Below are positions 35,672 through 41,158 of a DNA stretch of 41,158 nucleotides, piece after piece. Position 1 is the stretch's first letter; every line of letters begins with the position of its first letter. The DNA is taken from assembly GCA_964408125.1 (NCBI GenBank), contig CAYOYC010000003.1:1-41158 (forward strand), read 5' to 3'. This DNA is from Candidatus Woesearchaeota archaeon (GTDB lineage: Archaea; Nanobdellota; Nanobdellia; Pacearchaeales; GW2011-AR1). The position numbers and the translations under genes were made by a program. A model generated the notes under the pieces. The model had not been told where the DNA came from and searched no databases. It worked only from the letters and a program-made list of their open reading frames with translations.

Positions 35672-38536
35672 TCAGATTTTTAGTGATATTACCTTTGATA
35701 ATCCTTCTTGCATAGATACACCATATAAAGTCGTTGCTTCGCTAATTAGAGCATCATTGTGGGTGATAATGATATATTGGCCGGCAAGCATATATCTTTT
35801 TATTAGAGCTGCTAAAAGTTCGGAATTGTGCTTGTCTAAAGCGGCATCTATTTCGTCAAATATATAGAAACAATATGGTTTATGTTCTTGGATTGCGAAT
35901 ATTAACGATAGCGCTACTAATGTTTTTTCTCCACCAGATAGAGAAGATATATCAAAATATTTTCCCTTGCCGACTTTAACTATGATACTTAGTCCACCAG
36001 CAAATGGGTCTTCTTTGTTTTCTATATCTAGGAATACCTCTCCCTTCTTACTTAATTGAGTAAAGTTTCTTGTGAATAAATTATTAAGAGCATCAAGAGT
36101 TGTCATGAAAGATTTTTTCTTTTTCTTATCTATTTCAGAGATTATTTTCATAATTTTTTCTTTTTCTTGCGAAATTGTGTTCATTTTTTCTGCAATTTGA
36201 TCGCATGCACTCTTAACTTGCTCATAGATTTCAACTGCCTTTAGGTTTATGGTTCCTAATTGTCCCAATCTTATTTGAGATTCTTGTATTTTTTCTCTTG
36301 CCTGCTCTATTGTCATACTTACTTGTTCTGTTGTCTCAAAATCTTTAAATTCAAATTTGAGATTTTCAAGTTGTGCATGATGTTGCGCTCTTTGGATATT
36401 AATTGCTCCAGCTTTTTCTTCAAAATTTCTTATCTCATGTTGTATTCCCATAACGAATGTTTCAACAGCTTTTTGTTGATCTTGCAATTCGTTTCTATCT
36501 GTGTATAGTTTTTGGAATTTTTCGTATAGTTTTTCTTCCTCTAGCTCTTTTTTGTTGAGGATTTTATCGTTTTCTTGAAGTTTTTCTAATATTACATTGA
36601 GTTCTACTTGTGTTCCCTCTGAATCTCTTACTATTGTTTTAATTTCTGATTTTATTCTTTCCAATTCTCTTTGTTTTAGAGCCACGTTGGTATCGATATC
36701 TACATCCATAATGGAGAATTCTTGTATTTTTAATCTCGTTTCTTCATATCTTTCTTCGACATTCTTTAGTTCTTCAAATTTTAATTTTAATTCATTTATT
36801 CTTTTATTTAATTCTATTAGTGAATCTTCTGCTTCTTTTTTGTTAGTTATTATCCTCTTGATATTTTCTTTCTTTTCTTCTGCGTTTTTTATTTTCATAA
36901 GATCTATTTCCAATTCTCTCTGTTTTTGTTCTAATAGAGATGTTTTATCCATTATGGTGTTAGTTTCTTCGGATAGCTGTTTCTTTTTTTCTGTATTTTT
37001 TATAATTTCTTCGTCTGCGTTTTTTATTTTGCCATTGGAAGAGTCAATAACATAGCATCTGTGTTCTTCTGTTATTTTATTTCTACACATTGGACAGATG
37101 TCTAAACCTATTATATCTCCTTTTAGTTTTCTTTCTCTTGTTACGGCCTGTATCAATATAGCGTTTGTTTTTTCTAATTCTAATATTTCTTTTTCGATTG
37201 ATGTTCTTTTTTCTTTTAAGTTTATTCTTTCAGATATTGTTTTGTCTTTTAGCGTCGTAAGCCCAGAGATGGATTTCTCATATTTTATTTCAGAAAATAT
37301 TTGATTAAGGTTTCTTTCAATTATCTCTAATTCCTTATTATAACCTATAATTAGTCTATTTTTTTCTTCTTTTTTATTTTCAAGAGTAGAAAGTTCACTC
37401 TTTGTTATATAAAAAGTCCTTCTTTGCTTTTCTAAGATATCAAACTTTTCCTGGATTTCTTTTAATGCGCCTTGTTGTTTTTTTATTTCTGGGCTAGAAT
37501 TATGCATTTTTTGGATTTCAATATCCAATTCTTTTAGTTTTTCTTTTAAATTTAATTCTTTTTCTTTGTTTTGTTCTATTCTGTTTTCAAAGTTTTCTTT
37601 TCTGGCTACGGTTCCGCCTAAAATCGATTTTAATTCAGAAATTTCTTTGTGTAATATTTCTTGCTCTTCCCCAGTAGATAGTTGAATGTTTTTATTTACT
37701 TCATTTATTTTTTCCTGTAAGGATCTAATATCTACTTCTTTACTTCTTGATTTTGCCTTTCTGTCATCGATTTCTTTTTTATTATTTTCTAGAGCTTTTT
37801 CTATTGACCAGATTTCTTTTTCTTTTTCTTTTATTGTTTTTGAAAGGACAGTTGCTTTACATTTCTTCATAAGTTGCTCTATTCTTTGATAGTTAAGCGC
37901 ATCCTGCCTGTCTTTTTCTAAGTTTTTTAAATAGGCATTTTTTTCTCTTAGAATAGCAGAGACTTCTTTTAATTTTTCATCTGTTTTTTCCAATTCATGA
38001 AGAGATTTTACTTTTCGTGTTTCGTAAATTGAAATTCCAGCTACTTCCTCTATAACTCTTCTTCTTTCATCTGGACCCATTTTTACAAAGGAAGTTATGT
38101 CGCCTTGAAGTACAATGTTAAAACCATTTGGGTCGATACCAGCTTGTGCTATTAATTCAATTAATTCTTGTCTTGTTTTTGTTTCGTTGTTTATTTTATA
38201 TATAGATAATCCATTTCGTCTAACTACTCTTTTAATGGAAACTTCGGTTGAGTTTATGCTGAAGGCTCCGTCTGCATTATCGAAAACTAATTCTACGTAT
38301 GCTTCGGTTACTCCCTTATAATTTTTATTTCCGGAAAAAAGTAGATTTGCTGCTTTTGCGGCTCTGATAGATTTGATTGACATTCTTCCAAGAACAAAAC
38401 AAAGTGCGTCTGCAATATTGGACTTTCCAGATCCATTTGGACCAACAATAATGTTCATTGCATTTTCAAAAGGAATTTCTGTCTTTCTTGCGAATGATTT
38501 GAACCCCTGTATCACCAGTTTTTTTATATGACCCAT
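35672..38536 (-). CDS. smc: SMC-family ATPase lacking a canonical hinge, with central CxxC
   Basis: GFKSF, GPNGSGKSN, Q-loop VLQG, LSGGEK, FDEIDAALD, IITH; long coiled coils; CPMC at residues 481-484 of 954. Confidence 0.88.
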   Translation of the reverse strand: MGHIKKLVIQGFKSFARKTEIPFENAMNIIVGPNGSGKSNIADALCFVLGRMSIKSIRAAKAANLLFSGNKNYKGVTEAYVELVFDNADGAFSINSTEVSIKRVVRRNGLSIYKINNETKTRQELIELIAQAGIDPNGFNIVLQGDITSFVKMGPDERRRVIEEVAGISIYETRKVKSLHELEKTDEKLKEVSAILREKNAYLKNLEKDRQDALNYQRIEQLMKKCKATVLSKTIKEKEKEIWSIEKALENNKKEIDDRKAKSRSKEVDIRSLQEKINEVNKNIQLSTGEEQEILHKEISELKSILGGTVARKENFENRIEQNKEKELNLKEKLKELDIEIQKMHNSSPEIKKQQGALKEIQEKFDILEKQRRTFYITKSELSTLENKKEEKNRLIIGYNKELEIIERNLNQIFSEIKYEKSISGLTTLKDKTISERINLKEKRTSIEKEILELEKTNAILIQAVTRERKLKGDIIGLDICPMCRNKITEEHRCYVIDSSNGKIKNADEEIIKNTEKKKQLSEETNTIMDKTSLLEQKQRELEIDLMKIKNAEEKKENIKRIITNKKEAEDSLIELNKRINELKLKFEELKNVEERYEETRLKIQEFSIMDVDIDTNVALKQRELERIKSEIKTIVRDSEGTQVELNVILEKLQENDKILNKKELEEEKLYEKFQKLYTDRNELQDQQKAVETFVMGIQHEIRNFEEKAGAINIQRAQHHAQLENLKFEFKDFETTEQVSMTIEQAREKIQESQIRLGQLGTINLKAVEIYEQVKSACDQIAEKMNTISQEKEKIMKIISEIDKKKKKSFMTTLDALNNLFTRNFTQLSKKGEVFLDIENKEDPFAGGLSIIVKVGKGKYFDISSLSGGEKTLVALSLIFAIQEHKPYCFYIFDEIDAALDKHNSELLAALIKRYMLAGQYIIITHNDALISEATTLYGVSMQEGLSKVISLKI

Positions 38537-38581
38537 GGAATATCAACGAAAATGACTTTTTTAAAGATTGTTAGGGTAGGA

Positions 38582-39250
38582 TTAGGAAAATTGTTTCTGT
38601 TTTGACTTTTTTTCTAGCTGTTTTACTGTGTCCCAAGAATGCCTTATTATATCCTTATATTTTTCATTTTTGTAATTATGTTTTATAAACTCAATAGTCT
38701 GTGGGTCTGAGGGGTATCCGGAACCAAATTTTACATCTAATTCTTTCCTTATTTGAGCCACTTCCTCTTCTCTTGTTTCTTTTGCTATAATTGATGCTGC
38801 AGATACAACTGGGTGATTAAAGTCTGCCTTGTGTTCTGCTGTTATTTTTATGTTATGATCTATAATTAAATTACTTAGGTAGGCAGACCATGCTTCGATA
38901 TTTACGGATGGACAATCTACAATTGCTTCTATTTCCCCTTTTAGCCCGCTTGCAAGTCGATTTATTATCATTGCAGATTTAATTGCCTCTAAATTATTTA
39001 GATTGTCACAATCGTCTATTTCTTTTGGTGTCGACTTTTCGATGTGAAATTTATAGGAACGTTTTATTTTTCTAGCCAAACTTCTTCTGGTTGCGGGAGA
39101 TAGTAATTTCGAGTCTTTTGCACCTAGTGTCCTTAGTTCTTCTTGTTTGTCTTTTTCAATTAAAACGCCAGCTAAGAACATGCTCCCCAAAACTGGGCCC
39201 CTTCCAGCATCATCGATACCGATTAAATAACTTTTATTTTCTTTTTCCAT
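38582..39250 (-). CDS. rnhB: Ribonuclease HII
   Basis: GIDDAGRGP, DSK.L, KAD...VSAASIIAK, GSGYPSDP, R.SW. Confidence 0.93.
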   Translation of the reverse strand: MEKENKSYLIGIDDAGRGPVLGSMFLAGVLIEKDKQEELRTLGAKDSKLLSPATRRSLARKIKRSYKFHIEKSTPKEIDDCDNLNNLEAIKSAMIINRLASGLKGEIEAIVDCPSVNIEAWSAYLSNLIIDHNIKITAEHKADFNHPVVSAASIIAKETREEEVAQIRKELDVKFGSGYPSDPQTIEFIKHNYKNEKYKDIIRHSWDTVKQLEKKSKQKQFS

Positions 39251-39358
39251 TTTTATTTACTTTAGTCCCTCGTGTCTATCAAAAGAATATCTTGAGGGTA
39301 CTTTAAATTCCTTTGCAAATCAAATTTTTCTGCATAGATTTATTTTCTTCTGCTAGAA

Positions 39359-39441
39359 TGAGGAGGAGAGGATTCGAACCCCTGAAGGCAGAAGCCAGCA
39401 GATTTTGAGTCTGCCCCGTTTGACCACTTCGGTACCTCCTC
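39359..39441 (-). tRNA. tRNA-Leu(CAA)
   Basis: Acceptor GAGGAGG/CCTCCTC+A, anticodon arm GCAGA-CTCAAAA-TCTGC, long variable arm; no intron or encoded CCA. Confidence 0.95.
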
Positions 39442-39491
39442 AGATTAAATTTAAATCAAAAAACTACTTATAAAACTATCGAAGCTTACGA

Positions 39492-40076
39492 CTATCCTAA
39501 GAATTTTATATCTTTAATGTAGGTAAAAAAAGACCATACACCAGTTATTCCAGTGACTATTGAAAGGATTATTGAAAAGCTAAAGTAGTTTGAGTAAACA
39601 CTCAAAATTAAAATTGGCATGGCAAACCCTTGTAAAAAGGTTGTTGTTCTTCCGCTCCATCTATGCACCAGGGGAGTTGTTTCTTTCTTCCTTAGAAAAT
39701 TAATTATAAGAAAAGGGAGGCATAATATTTCTCGAGAGAGTATGATCAGCATTTGTGATACATGATATTCATCAAATATTCCTCTTAATGGAAAGAAAAT
39801 TAATATACACAATCCAAATGATGTCCATAAGAATCTATCTGCAATCATGTCAAATTTTGCGCCAAAACTTGTGACCTTATCCCATCTTCTTGCGATTTGA
39901 CCGTCTAGGAAATCAGTTAGTGCTGCAATAATGAAAACGAACAATAGACTACCAACAGAAAAGTCAAAAATAAACATGTAGATTAAAAAAACTGTTAAAA
40001 TGACTCTTGAGAGTGTTAGAAGATTAGGAATATTTATTATGTCTTCTTTTAATTTTTTTGAACTCTTTTTGCTCAT
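39492..40076 (-). CDS. CDP-alcohol phosphatidyltransferase (PgsA-like)
   Basis: NIPNLLTLSR and DxxDGxxAR...GxxxDxxxD motif; several TM helices. Confidence 0.9.
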   Translation of the reverse strand: MSKKSSKKLKEDIINIPNLLTLSRVILTVFLIYMFIFDFSVGSLLFVFIIAALTDFLDGQIARRWDKVTSFGAKFDMIADRFLWTSFGLCILIFFPLRGIFDEYHVSQMLIILSREILCLPFLIINFLRKKETTPLVHRWSGRTTTFLQGFAMPILILSVYSNYFSFSIILSIVTGITGVWSFFTYIKDIKFLG

Positions 40077-40128
40077 GAAATGAGAAGAAAAGTAAGCTTT
40101 AAAAGCCTGTCTAAATAGATTTGATTAT

Positions 40129-40204
40129 AGCGAGGTGGAGCAGTCTGGTCAGCTCGCAAGGCCCATAACCTTGAGGTCGCGTGGTTCAAATCCCGCCCTC
40201 GCTA
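40129..40204 (+). tRNA. tRNA-Met(CAT), probable initiator
   Basis: A1-U72 acceptor AGCGAGG/CCTCGCT, A11-U24, anticodon arm CAAGG-CCCATAA-CCTTG. Confidence 0.88.
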
Positions 40205-40260
40205 TTATTTTGTTAACAGTCTAGGCGTAGCTTTTTATAGCCTATTCTCTTGTTTTTCTT

Positions 40261-40737
40261 ATGAAAAATAAAAATGTAGGATATTTGATAATGGGTATTG
40301 CTGTTGTTATGGCAGTGATGATTTTATTATTTAATGGAGTAATTAAGGACAATATAGGCTTAACTTGTTCTCATGGGCCAACTTGTGAAATGTATAGTGA
40401 TCTAAATGTTCAGACATGGATTAGTTTGATAGTTGTTGGAGTTGTTTTACTTATTGGATTATTTTTAATATTTGCGAAAGAGAATGAAAAAATAGTTTTG
40501 AAAACTAGAACGGTGGCTGAAAAAAGAAAGCCTGTTAATTTAATTGGATTAGATTCTAGGGAAAAAGAAGCAGTTAAAATTATTCAGGGGAGCGGAGGGA
40601 TATTCCAGGCAGATTTAATGGAGAAGCTGGGTGTTGGGAAAGTCGGATTGACTCGATTGTTAGATAAACTAGAATCAAAGCAGATTGTTGAGAGAAAAAG
40701 AAGAGGAATGAATAATTTTGTGATTTTAAAGGGTTGA
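40261..40737 (+). CDS. Membrane protein with C-terminal winged helix (putative membrane-bound regulator)
   Basis: Two TM helices around a CSHGPTC loop, then QADLMEKLG...LTRLLDKLE...RKRRG wHTH. Confidence 0.75.
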   Translation: MKNKNVGYLIMGIAVVMAVMILLFNGVIKDNIGLTCSHGPTCEMYSDLNVQTWISLIVVGVVLLIGLFLIFAKENEKIVLKTRTVAEKRKPVNLIGLDSREKEAVKIIQGSGGIFQADLMEKLGVGKVGLTRLLDKLESKQIVERKRRGMNNFVILKG

Positions 40738-40814
40738 AACTAGTTTCGTCAAAGCCATTATAATAAAGGATTCTATTAATAAATTATGAAAATTAAATTT
40801 CAATTGGAGGTAAA

Positions 40815-41117
40815 ATGAAGACTTTGATAATAGTGGGCATGGTGCTTGTCTTAATAGTAGGCGGGTTTTTTGCCGTGAATGCTTTGCAGACAGATGGGAA
40901 TGCAATTGCCAATACTGGATGCGGAAAATGTAACGGAAGTTGTACTGCAGATAGTAATTGTGGTTTGGCAAGTTGTGGAGCTGTAAATGGCGGAGAATGT
41001 ACTTGTGACAAATCTAGTTCGTGTGGTGGAAGTTGTCAGGTTGGGAGTGTAGACACTTGTGGTTCGTCAGGATGTGCTGCCGTGCAAGGAACTGGAAGTT
41101 GTGGTTGTGGTAAATAA
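40815..41117 (+). CDS. Small exported Cys/Gly/Ser-rich protein
   Basis: GGAGG ribosome-binding site at 40806-40810, signal peptide, 13 Cys mostly in two imperfect repeats. Confidence 0.75.
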   Translation: MKTLIIVGMVLVLIVGGFFAVNALQTDGNAIANTGCGKCNGSCTADSNCGLASCGAVNGGECTCDKSSSCGGSCQVGSVDTCGSSGCAAVQGTGSCGCGK

Positions 41118-41126
41118 TTAGTTTAT

Positions 41127-41155
41127 GGCAGCTTGTCTGCCTTTTTTATTTTTTT
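41127..41155 (+). terminator. Hairpin plus T-tract terminator
   Basis: GGCAG-CTTGT-CTGCC followed by TTTTTTATTTTTTT. Confidence 0.65.
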
Positions 41156-41158
41156 AAA

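Noticed and set aside
33831-38536. ParB-parS-SMC loading system
   Set aside because: The ParB-like protein lacks an evident HTH, the palindrome does not resemble bacterial parS, and an unrelated gene separates it from smc.
850-41011. Many short antisense or nested ORFs in the track (e.g. 5247-5729, 16211-16528, 21305-21706, 28817-29236, 36597-37055, 40793-41011)
   Set aside because: They lie wholly within better-supported genes, lack motifs, and have the F/S/L/I-rich composition of shadow frames.
1-41158. CRISPR arrays, rRNA, transposases, tRNA introns
   Set aside because: No regularly spaced repeats, long GC-rich structural RNA or transposase motifs were seen, and all three tRNAs fold without introns.

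Overview
AT-rich archaeal chromosomal segment, most consistent with a DPANN (Nanobdellota, Pacearchaeota/Woesearchaeota-like) genome; the taxonomy is inferred from gene content, not from a search. Core genes: rpoH-rpoB-rpoA(fused A'+A'')-eL30-like-nusA-uS12-uS7-EF2, EF-1A, archaeal dnaG, endonuclease IV, an SMC-family ATPase, RNase HII, a CDP-alcohol phosphatidyltransferase and three intronless tRNAs (Lys-CTT, Leu-CAA, initiator Met). The left 11 kb is accessory. It holds a nucleotide-handling operon (P-loop NTPase, CYTH, dNMP kinase-like, radical SAM, dCTP deaminase), then a cyclase-family hydrolase, a second bacterial-type SerRS, shikimate dehydrogenase, a NodU/CmcH carbamoyltransferase, a radical SAM/SPASM enzyme and a nucleotidyltransferase, ending tail-to-tail against the other serS. 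Main leads: (1) this possible biosynthetic cluster with its own SerRS; (2) a hingeless SMC with a central CxxC zinc-hook-like motif; (3) a structured RNA leader before dnaG; (4) altered core machinery (short fused Rpo1, EF-2 G-domain substitutions, unusual tRNA-iMet); (5) microproteins missing from the ORF track, supported by a strict 29-nt TATA-to-ATG spacing or a ribosome-binding site. No CRISPR array, rRNA or transposase was seen.
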